Source: a virus (taxonomy: Duplodnaviria > Caudoviricetes). Taken from it: a DNA stretch of 62,756 nt. Positions 26,887-36,146 of the stretch are shown here, one piece after another. The number at the start of each line of letters is the position of its first letter. Position 1 is the stretch's first letter. Where the stretch lies: positions 1 to 62,756 of the IMG/VR virus record IMGVR_UViG_3300027869_000002. The stretch is one strand, 5' to 3'. The notes under the pieces are model-generated. The model saw nothing but the letters and a program-made list of their open reading frames with translations. It searched no databases and had not been told where the DNA came from. The position numbers were made by a program, and so were the translations under genes.

Positions 26887-29607
26887 TCATGAGTTGTTGA
26901 ACGCATTCGCCCGCACACGCATTTCACCGAACAGAAAATCCGCGTGGGCACGGAGATCATCGCGAGTCACCGGGTGGTTGATCACGGGCTGGTAATTCAC
27001 ATGGAACGTGTGGCCACCGCCGCGAGAGCTTCCGCCGCCCGATCCCTCGCCTGCTGCCTTCAGCACCCAGTTGGAAACGTGCCTGGGCAGCACCATTTCA
27101 CCCGGATGCGCATTGATCGGCACGACGCCGCCATGCTCAAACGATCCAAACGCCATCACTCCTGCGAATGCGCCTGCCGCGGCGATCGGCGCGAGAATCG
27201 CGTTTACCGGGAACGGCACTTCATTCATGACCCAGCGGAAGGCGGAGGCGCCGGCAGATCCCGCGTCGGAGAGGATGCCTGATTTCGCGATGGCTTTATG
27301 GGTGAGCATGGCCGCCAGCTCTTCCGCCCCCCACTTCACTAAATTGCCGATGATGCTGGTTACCATCTGGTCATAGACCTGGATCATGGCCCTGCCGAAA
27401 GTCTCATGCCGGCCGAGCCACTGCCCCAGATCGCGGGTCAGTAGCGTGCCCATGCGCTCGAACATCTGGGAGAACTTGTCATATTCCTGCTGCTGAATTT
27501 GGGCGATGCGGTCCGCTGCCTGCTGGGTGATCTGAACTTCCCGGTCTTTGATGCGCTTATATTCGGTGGTCTGGCGGCCCTGGATGGCCAACTCCTGCGC
27601 GGCTTCCTTCTCGAGGATCGCGATCGCCTGCGCCTGCCACTGCCGGACCGCTTCAATCTCCGCGTCCTCCCATTGCCGGGCGGTCATCTGGTGATGCTTC
27701 AGCCGGTCATTATCCATGCGCAGCGTGGTCTCGAGCTGCCGATTGTTCATCTCCGTGGCGAAGGACAGTTCCTCGCGCATGTCCCGCTCGCGTTCCTGGA
27801 GTTCCTTGCGCGCCTCCGCGCTTTCAACGGCGAATTCCCGCGCCTGGGCTTCCCCGAGCTGATGCAGGAGATTCTCTTTCGCCAGCTCTGCTTTCTTGCT
27901 ATCGGCGACGATTCTTTCGTTGGCCCGGTCGTTGATCTCGACGCGTTTCTCCGCGGCATGATCTTCCGCCGCCGCCCCTTCCGCGGCCAGGCGCGCCTGG
28001 CGGTCCGCGGTATTCTCATCGCCCTGTAGCGCCTTCAGCTCCGCGATGGCGTTTTGCTTGATGCGCAGCTCTCTATCGTTGAAGGCGAGCAGTTGCGCTT
28101 CAACCTGGAGGGCGGAGTCGCCGCGCAGTTTGGCTTCTGACTCATAACGCTTGCGCTCGATCTCGAGCATGGCGAGGGCGTGGGCTTCCTCGGCTTTCAC
28201 CTCGATATCGAAGGTGTGGTCTGGAACGAGTTTGCCCTCCTTGGGCGCGGCCGGCTTAGGAAGATTTGGACCACCCTTTCCTTCGCCCTTATCTTCGAAC
28301 GATGCCTTCAACTTCTCCCACTCGGAGCCCATCCGCCGCCAATAGTCCTCGATCTCCGTGGAGCCGGTTTTCCAGATGGCTACGATACTTTTCTCAGCCT
28401 CGGCTGCGTCAATGACGGCTTCGCCGAAGTTCCGCGATGCCACATCCATAGCGACCTTGGCCAGGCCCACCAGGCTATGCACCGCAACGGCCGCGGCGCT
28501 TGCGATGGCTTGTGCGACTGTGGCAACGATGGCCCCCAGCGCTTCGAATCCGAACGCCACAACCCGAACCGCGGGTACGATGACGGTGAGGAGGGTGGCT
28601 CCCAGGCGGCTGGCATATTCCTTCAGCTCCGCCATTCCCGCGGTCCATTTTGCGGCGGCGTCCGTGGCTTTAGTGGTCACGCCAGAAGCGATGGCCGCCT
28701 CTTTGACCATCTCTCTGATGCTGTCTCCAGCGCTTATAAAGATGGGAATCAGCGCCGCACCCCCCTTACCGAAGATGCCGATATCGGAAGCCGCATTGGC
28801 CGCGGTGCTTCCGCTTGTGCGCACTGCCTGCGCGATGCGATAGAAGAGTTCCTCCGGCTCCAGGGCTTTTAATTCCTGGACCGTGATTCCGATCCGCGCG
28901 AAAGCCTGCACCGCGCCCTGACTTCCCTCCCGTGCAAGTTGCTGGGCCTTCTGCATTTTGATGAGCCCATTCGCGACCGCCTCAAAGGGAGTGTCCAGCG
29001 CCTCGGCCATGTGCTTTAGCCCGGCTAGCGACTCGACGCTGATCAACGTCTGGAGGTGCAGATTTCTCAGCGCCATCAGGCTCTTGGCCACACCGTCTTC
29101 GAAGTGCGCGAAGAACCCGAGCAGCAGGCCCCCGCCCAGCAGCCCCGCGATCCCCGCGAACCCCGCCATGCTGCCTTCGGCCAGCTTTGATGCTTCCGCC
29201 GTCCCCACCAGGCGCTCCGTCAGCCCGGCCAGCATGCCTTCCTCTTCGACCCCCGCCACCGTAGCCGCCTTGATGGCCGCGGCCTGGGCTTCGGACGCGA
29301 TCGCCGCGTCTCGCTTAGCCAGCGCCAGGCGCGCCAGCGCCGCGGTGTCGCCCTCTTCGGCTTCTTTGGCCGCCAGAGTTGCAGAGCGGACATCCGATTG
29401 CGCGGCCTTCAGGGCGAGCGAGGCCTGCGCCACGTTCACCCAGTTGGAGGCGATCTCTTCAGTGGAGGCGCGCGACTCGGCCGCCAGCTGCTGGAACGCC
29501 TCGGACATGGAGCCCGCCTGCGAACGGACACTCCCGGCGGCGTCCACCATCGCTTCTTTGAGCGGGGCGATATCGACGGTGGCGCCGATCTGGAGTACGT
29601 TTCCCAT
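26887..29607 (-). CDS. Tape measure protein
   Basis: 906 aa, Ala-rich helical, follows tail chaperones. Confidence 0.9.
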   Translation of the reverse strand: MGNVLQIGATVDIAPLKEAMVDAAGSVRSQAGSMSEAFQQLAAESRASTEEIASNWVNVAQASLALKAAQSDVRSATLAAKEAEEGDTAALARLALAKRDAAIASEAQAAAIKAATVAGVEEEGMLAGLTERLVGTAEASKLAEGSMAGFAGIAGLLGGGLLLGFFAHFEDGVAKSLMALRNLHLQTLISVESLAGLKHMAEALDTPFEAVANGLIKMQKAQQLAREGSQGAVQAFARIGITVQELKALEPEELFYRIAQAVRTSGSTAANAASDIGIFGKGGAALIPIFISAGDSIREMVKEAAIASGVTTKATDAAAKWTAGMAELKEYASRLGATLLTVIVPAVRVVAFGFEALGAIVATVAQAIASAAAVAVHSLVGLAKVAMDVASRNFGEAVIDAAEAEKSIVAIWKTGSTEIEDYWRRMGSEWEKLKASFEDKGEGKGGPNLPKPAAPKEGKLVPDHTFDIEVKAEEAHALAMLEIERKRYESEAKLRGDSALQVEAQLLAFNDRELRIKQNAIAELKALQGDENTADRQARLAAEGAAAEDHAAEKRVEINDRANERIVADSKKAELAKENLLHQLGEAQAREFAVESAEARKELQERERDMREELSFATEMNNRQLETTLRMDNDRLKHHQMTARQWEDAEIEAVRQWQAQAIAILEKEAAQELAIQGRQTTEYKRIKDREVQITQQAADRIAQIQQQEYDKFSQMFERMGTLLTRDLGQWLGRHETFGRAMIQVYDQMVTSIIGNLVKWGAEELAAMLTHKAIAKSGILSDAGSAGASAFRWVMNEVPFPVNAILAPIAAAGAFAGVMAFGSFEHGGVVPINAHPGEMVLPRHVSNWVLKAAGEGSGGGSSRGGGHTFHVNYQPVINHPVTRDDLRAHADFLFGEMRVRANAFNNS

Positions 29608-29608
29608 G

Positions 29609-29976
29609 TCAGTGGATGGTTACGGATTTCGAAAGCTTGGCCTGGATTTCGATGGCCTCGAGCGCCATCTGGCGCAGGTGCGGCGGTAGCTTATTGGCGG
29701 CGGTCATGCCCGAGCCCAGCAGGCCGGACATGGATTGCAGGTCACCCAAGGCGGCCTGGGTGCTCTTCGGTGCCTTGCGCTTCTTGCGCCGGTTCTCCTG
29801 CTTCAAATACCGGGCAGCCAGAATCTCCGCGGCCGTCGGATTTTCGTTCAGATAGTCGAGCGTGTCGAACGCCCGGGCTACGCACATCCGATCGATGTAT
29901 TCATACGACCAGCCGGTAGCGGTGACCAGCCGCCCGTAGAGCCAGGGCCAGTCGATCTCTTCGGTACCGGCTTCTA
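29609..29976 (-). CDS. Tail assembly chaperone, -1 frameshift extension (gpGT-like)
   Basis: Open -1 frame from the slippery site: IEAGTEEIDWPWLYGRLVTATGWSYEYIDRMCVARAF... Confidence 0.75.
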
Positions 29977-30327
29977 TTCCCCCGGCTTGGCGGGACGCAT
30001 ACCACTGCCGGAAGAGATGGCGCGCATGATCGCGGGGACGTTGTTGGCGTCGATCATGTCTTCGAGCTGATCCTGGGTGAGGTCGGGATAGTTGCGCTGC
30101 ATGGCCGCCAGGATGACGGGCAGGCGTTCGTCGAGCGACTCATTCAGGATGCGCCCGGTCTCTTCGATGGAAGCGCCCTCCGGAATGCTGGTGGCTTTCG
30201 CCATGACCGGAAAGAACTTCTTAAACTGGCGCACGGAGAGGCCTGGGATAATCCAGGCCTTTCCCGCCATGAAAACCGGCAAGCCGTCATAATCGGGGCG
30301 TGAGTCAGGGTAAGGAGGAGGGGGCAT
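29974..30327 (-). CDS. Tail assembly chaperone (gpG-like)
   Basis: Between tail tube and tape measure; ends CCG GGG GAA TAG. Confidence 0.8.
   Translation of the reverse strand: MPPPPYPDSRPDYDGLPVFMAGKAWIIPGLSVRQFKKFFPVMAKATSIPEGASIEETGRILNESLDERLPVILAAMQRNYPDLTQDQLEDMIDANNVPAIMRAISSGSGMRPAKPGE
29977..29983 (-). other. Programmed -1 frameshift slippery site GGGGGAA
   Basis: Heptamer immediately before the stop of the chaperone gene; -1 frame open. Confidence 0.75.
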
Positions 30328-30330
30328 GCG

Positions 30331-31101
30331 TTATCCGAGATCCGCGTACATCTTGCCGAGCGTATCGGTCGAGTCCGTGTTGGCCTCGAAGTCCACGTCC
30401 GACACCCAGAAATCTTCCTGCTTGGTGGGGATGTTGAAGCTGCCCATCGTGCAGCAGTAGAGTTCCACGCCCAGGATCTGGTTGCGGAACGTGTTGAACA
30501 GGAACGCGCGGAATTCGGGCGCGTATCCCATGTACTGGTTCGTGAGGGTGACAGTCACGCCGCGGCTGGCATTGGTGTAGGTGTAGGAGACCAGCACGGT
30601 GGCGCCGTTGTCCAGCGCGTTGAACGTGTAGGTGCCGGCGGAATACTGATACTGCCCCTGCAGCGGGGCGCCAGTGACCAGCACGAGCTGTTGGCCGGCG
30701 TTCGTTCCCGTCGCGTAGATCACACCGTAATTGGTCACGATGGTGGCCGAATTGATCACGGTGATCTGGTTGGCCACGGGCGGCGAACCCACGGCTCCAA
30801 TGATGTCCTGCTCATCGGCCGCCAGGATGGTCATGCCCGCCGTCTGGGTCTGGCCCCAGTACAGCTGGTTCAACAGCGTGGGGTCTTGCGAGGCATACTT
30901 CGCCTTCACGGTCACATTGATTTTGCCCCTGGCCGTGGCCACGGCGAACTGCTTCTGACCGAACAGCTTTTTCAGGTCGCCTTTGACGTCGAGTTGGGCT
31001 TCCTGCAGCGTCCCGAATTTGTAAGGCGTGGGGTTCGCTGCCTGGTTGCCCTGGTTCGGTGTAGCGTAGAGAACGCCAGTCCCGAATTGAAAATCAGGCA
31101 T
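30331..31101 (-). CDS. Major tail tube protein (1 GSPP motif)
   Basis: AAGGAG RBS; FGTG.LY...FGTLQE...KKLFGQKQFAVA.ARGK; synteny. Confidence 0.85.
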   Translation of the reverse strand: MPDFQFGTGVLYATPNQGNQAANPTPYKFGTLQEAQLDVKGDLKKLFGQKQFAVATARGKINVTVKAKYASQDPTLLNQLYWGQTQTAGMTILAADEQDIIGAVGSPPVANQITVINSATIVTNYGVIYATGTNAGQQLVLVTGAPLQGQYQYSAGTYTFNALDNGATVLVSYTYTNASRGVTVTLTNQYMGYAPEFRAFLFNTFRNQILGVELYCCTMGSFNIPTKQEDFWVSDVDFEANTDSTDTLGKMYADLG

Positions 31102-31156
31102 TGTGGTGCTCCTTTTGTTTTGGGTTTTGAGATTGGCGTTTCTAAATCGCCGGGTG

Positions 31157-31657
31157 CTACGGAACTAAAATCTTGACCGGGATGATGGCGCCGGCCTGTT
31201 GGGAATAGATGCCCTGGTCAATGAGCGATTCGCCTTCGATCCAGCAGTGGTGAACCAGGCCGCCCAGGGTCTGCAGGTTCTGATAACTGCCATTCTGGGG
31301 TGCTAAGGCCGTTTCAATCGCCAGCAGCAGCGCGTTGATTTGTGTGGCCGCGAGCGAGGTTTCTTGTCCGGGCGCCGGATTGATGGCCGATTCGAAGCAG
31401 TACATCACCAGCCACACATCGAGCGTGAGTTTTCCCCCCGTGCCCATGGGCCTCGGGACGCGCGATTCCTTCATCTCGACGACGAACAGCGCGGGCTGCT
31501 GCGCGGGGGAGAGTTCTTCCGGATGCACGTGCCGGCGTCCGACCGTCTGAAAGATCGGCGGCGAGCCTTGCAGATTTACCTGCAACAGAGCGAGCAGCGC
31601 CGCGTAGATGGGCTCCCGATCGATCAGGGCGAGCTGGCTAGGCATGCAGCGCCTCAT
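31157..31657 (-). CDS. Tail terminator (1 GSPP motif)
   Basis: REPIYAAL...QPALF...QTLGGLVHHCWIEG; upstream of tail tube. Confidence 0.75.
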   Translation of the reverse strand: MRRCMPSQLALIDREPIYAALLALLQVNLQGSPPIFQTVGRRHVHPEELSPAQQPALFVVEMKESRVPRPMGTGGKLTLDVWLVMYCFESAINPAPGQETSLAATQINALLLAIETALAPQNGSYQNLQTLGGLVHHCWIEGESLIDQGIYSQQAGAIIPVKILVP

Positions 31658-32105
31658 CCACGCGCGCGCTCAGCCGCTCGAAGAACGCGCCCTCGTAGGC
31701 CTCGCCCGTGGCGATGATGAACGGCTTCGCGGCTTCGGTGAATGCCTTGTGGGCGCTCCGGAAAAGGGTCTCGCCGCCAATCTGCATGGGCACGAGCACG
31801 TCTGTCACTTCCGGGATGGAGACCCCGTACTCGAGCCAGTAATGCGGTTGCTTCGACGAGGAACGCGGCTTATAGATGGCCACGATCTCCGTGCCGGTCT
31901 CGATCACTCTGCCGGCGCGCCCCAGGATGCGCTCGAGCAACCCGGTTTTGCGGTGCGGCGCCGCGGCCGCGGCTTCGGCTTGCGCCAGGCCTCGAACCCC
32001 ATCCCGCATGCCCAGCCGGATGCCAACGAGGATGCGCTCCTGCATGTTCTCGATATGCGCCACGGAAGCGTCTACCGACGTCTGGGTGATTTGGAAAAGG
32101 ATCAT
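31638..32105 (-). CDS. Tail completion protein (HK97 gp10-like)
   Basis: APHRKTGLL...WLEYG...KPFI; ATGA coupling at 32102-32105. Confidence 0.7.
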   Translation of the reverse strand: MILFQITQTSVDASVAHIENMQERILVGIRLGMRDGVRGLAQAEAAAAAPHRKTGLLERILGRAGRVIETGTEIVAIYKPRSSSKQPHYWLEYGVSIPEVTDVLVPMQIGGETLFRSAHKAFTEAAKPFIIATGEAYEGAFFERLSARVDEALHA

Positions 32106-33100
32106 CGCTTCCGCGCCTTGGCCATCTCCAGCTTTTTGTCCATATTGAGCAACGGCACGCGCTCCGGAGGCGTTTGCAGCGGGTCGTAGCGCCTGTAGCG
32201 TTCGATCACGCGCTTGACCGATGCCGGAATTTCGCTTTCGGGCGTGGTCACGCTGTCGCCGGTCGACATGTGTTTCTGGGTCTGCCCGATGTTTTGCCGG
32301 CTTTTGTAACTGTGGCCGGTCCACTCGACGACGGCCTGCGCGGCGTCCGGAGGAACCGTGGCATAGCCGGCGTTGTAGGTGATCGAGTACTCGCGCTGAT
32401 CCGTGAATTTGTAGACCTTGCCGTCGAGATACAGTTCATAGCGCCGCTCGGGGTCGATGTCGGAATCGATCCACCAGCCCGGTAAAACGTCATTCGTCGA
32501 TTGCGGGATGGCCACCAGGCTTCCCAGGTCGAACCAGGTGTAGGTGATGACCACCTGGATGCCGGCCAGGGCATCCGCAGCCGAAAACGAATAGAAGCCC
32601 GTCGCTCGATTCACGCTGTACTGCCCGGCCGCGAGAGTCCCCTGCGAAACAAACGCCAGCGGAAGCCCGGTTGCCGCGTTCACCACCGCAGCTTGGGCAT
32701 TGCCGGCGTCCGGCGGTCCGTCATACATGAAATCCGCGGCATGGGCGACGCTGATGGTTGAGACTGGCGGAGAGCCGCCCAGCGTATAAGGCTCTTGCGC
32801 CTGCTCGATCGACGAGCCCGTGAGGGTGGGAGGGCTTCCCGTGGCGTGGCCGGCGTCGATCAGTGAGACATTCACGATCGAATTGATGGGCCAGTGCCGC
32901 AGCACCATCAAGTCTCCGCCGTCGCCTTCGCGCACCTCGTTGTAAATGGCGGCGGGATAAAAATCCGGGCGCTTGATTTCGTTGATGAAATCGAGTGAGG
33001 CGGAAGTCACCAGGCCCGAGATGATGGTGTCGTCGCTGATCTGCGCCGTAGGGATGGCCAGCCAGGCTTTGACCGCCGCGAGAGTAGTGAGATCAGCCAC
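32102..33100 (-). CDS. Head-tail adaptor-like protein with inserted domain (2 GSPP motifs)
   Basis: DLTTLAAVKAWL...ITYNAGYATVPPDAAQAV gp6-type ends. Confidence 0.75.
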   Translation of the reverse strand: MADLTTLAAVKAWLAIPTAQISDDTIISGLVTSASLDFINEIKRPDFYPAAIYNEVREGDGGDLMVLRHWPINSIVNVSLIDAGHATGSPPTLTGSSIEQAQEPYTLGGSPPVSTISVAHAADFMYDGPPDAGNAQAAVVNAATGLPLAFVSQGTLAAGQYSVNRATGFYSFSAADALAGIQVVITYTWFDLGSLVAIPQSTNDVLPGWWIDSDIDPERRYELYLDGKVYKFTDQREYSITYNAGYATVPPDAAQAVVEWTGHSYKSRQNIGQTQKHMSTGDSVTTPESEIPASVKRVIERYRRYDPLQTPPERVPLLNMDKKLEMAKARKR

Positions 33101-33803
33101 GGGTTTGCGCCCAATCCTCGACGCGCTTGGACCACAGCAAACGGTCGACGGCTTCCCAGGATTTGCCGGTCATCTCTACGTCCCGGTCCCAGGCCTTGAT
33201 GAGCATGCGCATGGCGAGGCGAATGGTCGCGGGGACTGACTCGGGTGCAGAGCCGTAGCCGGCGGTGAAGTTCACGGTGACGGCGCTTGGAACGTAGAGC
33301 ACAGAGGGCCAGTTCTGTCCGGAGTTCGGGAAGATGCGGGCGGGCTCGGATTTCAGATCGACGACGAATTGCCCGCTCTGATCCTGCGGCGTTCCTGGAA
33401 GCAGGGTCTGCTGGTTCCCGTTTGTGTCGACGTACTGGATGTTATCGACACTCAGGATGGGCGACGGAAACAGCTTGACCATCTGGCTGTAATTCCAGAG
33501 CGTGGTGGAGAATCTGGGCAGCGAGTAATATGCCGGCGGGTAGGCCTGCTGGCTCATTAACGTGTCGGTGTAGTACGGGAACGAATCCATCGACTGCGCG
33601 AAGCCCGTGGCGATGAAGGTGCGCCGCGTGAAGGTCTCGCAATATTCCCGCGCCGCTACGATGAGATCCCGCAGCCTGGTGGCCAGGTTCTTCGAAGTGA
33701 CATGGTCGGAGTCCTCCCAGGGTCCATAGCCGAGCATCACTTTCACGTCGGCGAGTGACAGCGGACCGCACGCGGGCGGAGAAGTATTTACAATGGACGA
33801 CAT
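33093..33803 (-). CDS. Head-tail connector (HK97 gp6-like)
   Basis: PLSLADVK...LIVAAREYCETFTRR...FTAGYG...VPATIRLAM. Confidence 0.85.
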   Translation of the reverse strand: MSSIVNTSPPACGPLSLADVKVMLGYGPWEDSDHVTSKNLATRLRDLIVAAREYCETFTRRTFIATGFAQSMDSFPYYTDTLMSQQAYPPAYYSLPRFSTTLWNYSQMVKLFPSPILSVDNIQYVDTNGNQQTLLPGTPQDQSGQFVVDLKSEPARIFPNSGQNWPSVLYVPSAVTVNFTAGYGSAPESVPATIRLAMRMLIKAWDRDVEMTGKSWEAVDRLLWSKRVEDWAQTRG

Positions 33804-33809
33804 TGGAGA

Positions 33810-34103
33810 GTGACCCTTATGGGCCTGGCTTACATCCGCATCGACGTGGCGCTGCCCTCTGAGCTGCTCGCTCGGTTCTTGCAGGGCATTCGCGATCTAG
33901 AACAGACCGCGCCAGACGATATTCAACTGGCGATCCTCACCAGCGACGACAGCGCCAGCATGCAGGAGCAGTTGGACCTGGTGAAAAACATCTCACCGGG
34001 ATTTGCGCACAGCGTGTCGGTGCCTCGATCCGAGATGACCGCCGAACAGAAGGCACGGCACGACGGTATTCTGAAGTACCTGAATCGCGATCGCGCCGGT
34101 TAG
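33810..34103 (+). CDS. Hypothetical protein, antisense
   Basis: Fills the gap between minus-strand genes; protein-like composition. Confidence 0.6.
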   Translation: MTLMGLAYIRIDVALPSELLARFLQGIRDLEQTAPDDIQLAILTSDDSASMQEQLDLVKNISPGFAHSVSVPRSEMTAEQKARHDGILKYLNRDRAG

Positions 34104-34318
34104 CGCGTCTCGCGCCTGACCGCGCGGGTCTTCGCTTCGGGATTCTCGATACGGAGCCTGTTGCCGCTCGCTACGACGGTGAGCAGTTCCCGGATCTTCT
34201 TCAGCTCGGCGGTTTGTGCGTCCATAGCTTCCTGCAGCCACGGCGCATGTAGCGAGGGTCCACCGCAGGAGTGCAGCTCGCCCGGCGCGACCTTGCAGGC
34301 GCAGTTGGGGCAGGTCAA
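34100..34318 (-). CDS. Small hypothetical protein (MTCPNCAC...RETR)
   Basis: TTG overlapping the upstream stop; basic C-terminus. Confidence 0.5.
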   Translation of the reverse strand: MTCPNCACKVAPGELHSCGGPSLHAPWLQEAMDAQTAELKKIRELLTVVASGNRLRIENPEAKTRAVRRETR

Positions 34319-34605
34319 TTGCGCATCCCCATGGGCATGGATACAGCCGGCACGATCAGGCTGCGCTGGATCGGCTCCATAAACGCGTGCTTGTGCGCGG
34401 TGCAGTAATGGCCTTCCGGTTGAATCAGCCATCCGAGACTGACCAGGTGATTGAAGAACCCCTGCACCACGTTGTTCTTGGGGACGCCCGGAGCCATCTG
34501 CCCGAACTGCTGTTCGAGGCAGCGGCCGTTATCACACTGCACGCGCATGATGGCCGCGTCGGGCTGGCCTGGCTGCCCTTTCTGGGAGCCTATACGGAAT
34601 GACAT
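34315..34605 (-). CDS. Small Zn-binding protein
   Basis: CDNGRC...GW...YCTAH. Confidence 0.6.
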   Translation of the reverse strand: MSFRIGSQKGQPGQPDAAIMRVQCDNGRCLEQQFGQMAPGVPKNNVVQGFFNHLVSLGWLIQPEGHYCTAHKHAFMEPIQRSLIVPAVSMPMGMRN

Positions 34606-34820
34606 CTATTCTCTTTCTTACCAGGAACCCGCTACAGGATTATGCCGGGTACATCCAACAGATCAGGGACTCGCGAGATACTCTCGCCTTGGCGGTCAAG
34701 CTCGCGGATCTGAGAGACCACCTTCGCCCGAACTGTCCGGCTCGACTGCGACCGCAATATCAGAAGGCTTGGCAGACTTTGACAGGCGGCCCTTTTCCCA
34801 CCATTCCCAAAGGTGACTGA
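34599..34820 (+). pseudogene. C-terminal half of an HD-domain (alarmone-hydrolase-like) phosphohydrolase, antisense
   Basis: LTR...DYAGYIQQI...ALAVKLADLRDH...QYQKA; HD-containing N-terminal half absent. Confidence 0.5.
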
Positions 34821-35514
34821 CTCCCGCGCTATACGTTCTCCAGGGGCGCTGCCAGCCCTTCGCGATATACTCCGCGCTCAGCGACGCCCACGGCTCCATG
34901 GGAAGCCGGTCCAGCAGGAACAGCGATAGTGCCGGCTGAATCTGCGCCCGCGTGACTTCCGGATGCGCCCTTTGCCAGGCCTCGAAGCCGCCGTATTTCC
35001 CCTCCGGACTCAGCGGCCGCCCTTCGAACGCGCGCCGGCGAAAGACGCCGATTCCGCCGATGGTGGCCACCTCCACGTAGGAAGGTGGACCTGGTCGCAT
35101 CTCCAGATCGCGCGTGGGCTCCGGACGATAGGCCATCGAGAAGTGCGGGCAGCGGCTGTCCGGCGGTTCGATGCCCAGCAGGTCCAGTTCCGGATGGGCT
35201 TCAAACGTGGCCGCGCATTGGTCGAGCCAGCCGGGAGGCACGATCACGTCGTTATCGATCTTGGCGAAGAACTCGGCGCCAGGCTGCGACAGGTATTCCG
35301 CCATGATTGCTACCGGGCTGCCCCATACTCCTCCGTGAATTTCCCCCGCCGTTCTGAACGGTGATTGAAATTCCAAACTCACGTTTGGAAATTCGCTGTC
35401 CTGATAGGTGATCTGGCGATCAACCAGCCCCCAGTTCGTGTTTGCCAGCAGCGCCTTGAAGCTCGCCCGCGAAAACTTCAGGCGGTGGTGCGCCAGGAAT
35501 AGGATGTCGATCAC
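34696..35514 (-). CDS. GT-A/GT2-like glycosyltransferase
   Basis: FFAKIDNDVIVPPGWL (DxD motif), IGGIG. Confidence 0.8.
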   Translation of the reverse strand: MIDILFLAHHRLKFSRASFKALLANTNWGLVDRQITYQDSEFPNVSLEFQSPFRTAGEIHGGVWGSPVAIMAEYLSQPGAEFFAKIDNDVIVPPGWLDQCAATFEAHPELDLLGIEPPDSRCPHFSMAYRPEPTRDLEMRPGPPSYVEVATIGGIGVFRRRAFEGRPLSPEGKYGGFEAWQRAHPEVTRAQIQPALSLFLLDRLPMEPWASLSAEYIAKGWQRPWRTYSAGVSHLWEWWEKGRLSKSAKPSDIAVAVEPDSSGEGGLSDPRA

Positions 35515-36146
35515 CTGGTGGCCTCGGCGAAACTGGCGCTGGTCGACGCCTTCACGGCCGCGATTCGATGCAGGATTTTGCGCAGATCATCGCCATGGCC
35601 TGGCTGCTTCCACATCCGGTCCGAATTGCTCTCATATTCAAGCCGCCTGATTGGCAGGTCCAGCTCGAAAAACGGATTCAGCGCCGTGAAGACGCGGTCG
35701 CATTCTCGGTAGAACAAATCGTCGAATGGAAGTACGCCAAAGTAACGGTCGAAGCAGAAGCGCAGGTTGCGGTGAAACAGCGCCCCCCAGCCCACGAGAC
35801 TGATTCCGAGCGGGGCGTATGCCCGCCGGTGGCCAGGCGAAGGTATGTTGCAGGCGATTTCTTCCTGCGTCATTCGGTTATCGCAGATGGGCGATAGTGG
35901 CCCGGCACCCTTCTCCGCTCGCTCGATGAATTCCCGCACAGGCACCACGCAATCGTCATCCTGCACATAAATCCATTCGTGCTTCGCTTCGGCGATTCCC
36001 AGGTATCGCCCATAGACCTTAACGTCCAGCTTCCGTTTCGAGTTATCCCAGACCACGATGTCATCAAACGGCAGTGACTCCAGGATGGGAGACAGGTCCA
36101 CATCGCCCTTGGTGACGAGGACGGCCGAGATGTCAGAGCAGTTCAC
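35511..36146 (-). CDS. GT-A/GT2-like glycosyltransferase
   Basis: IVVWDNS...GRY...IYVQDDDCVV. Confidence 0.8.
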   Translation of the reverse strand: MNCSDISAVLVTKGDVDLSPILESLPFDDIVVWDNSKRKLDVKVYGRYLGIAEAKHEWIYVQDDDCVVPVREFIERAEKGAGPLSPICDNRMTQEEIACNIPSPGHRRAYAPLGISLVGWGALFHRNLRFCFDRYFGVLPFDDLFYRECDRVFTALNPFFELDLPIRRLEYESNSDRMWKQPGHGDDLRKILHRIAAVKASTSASFAEATR

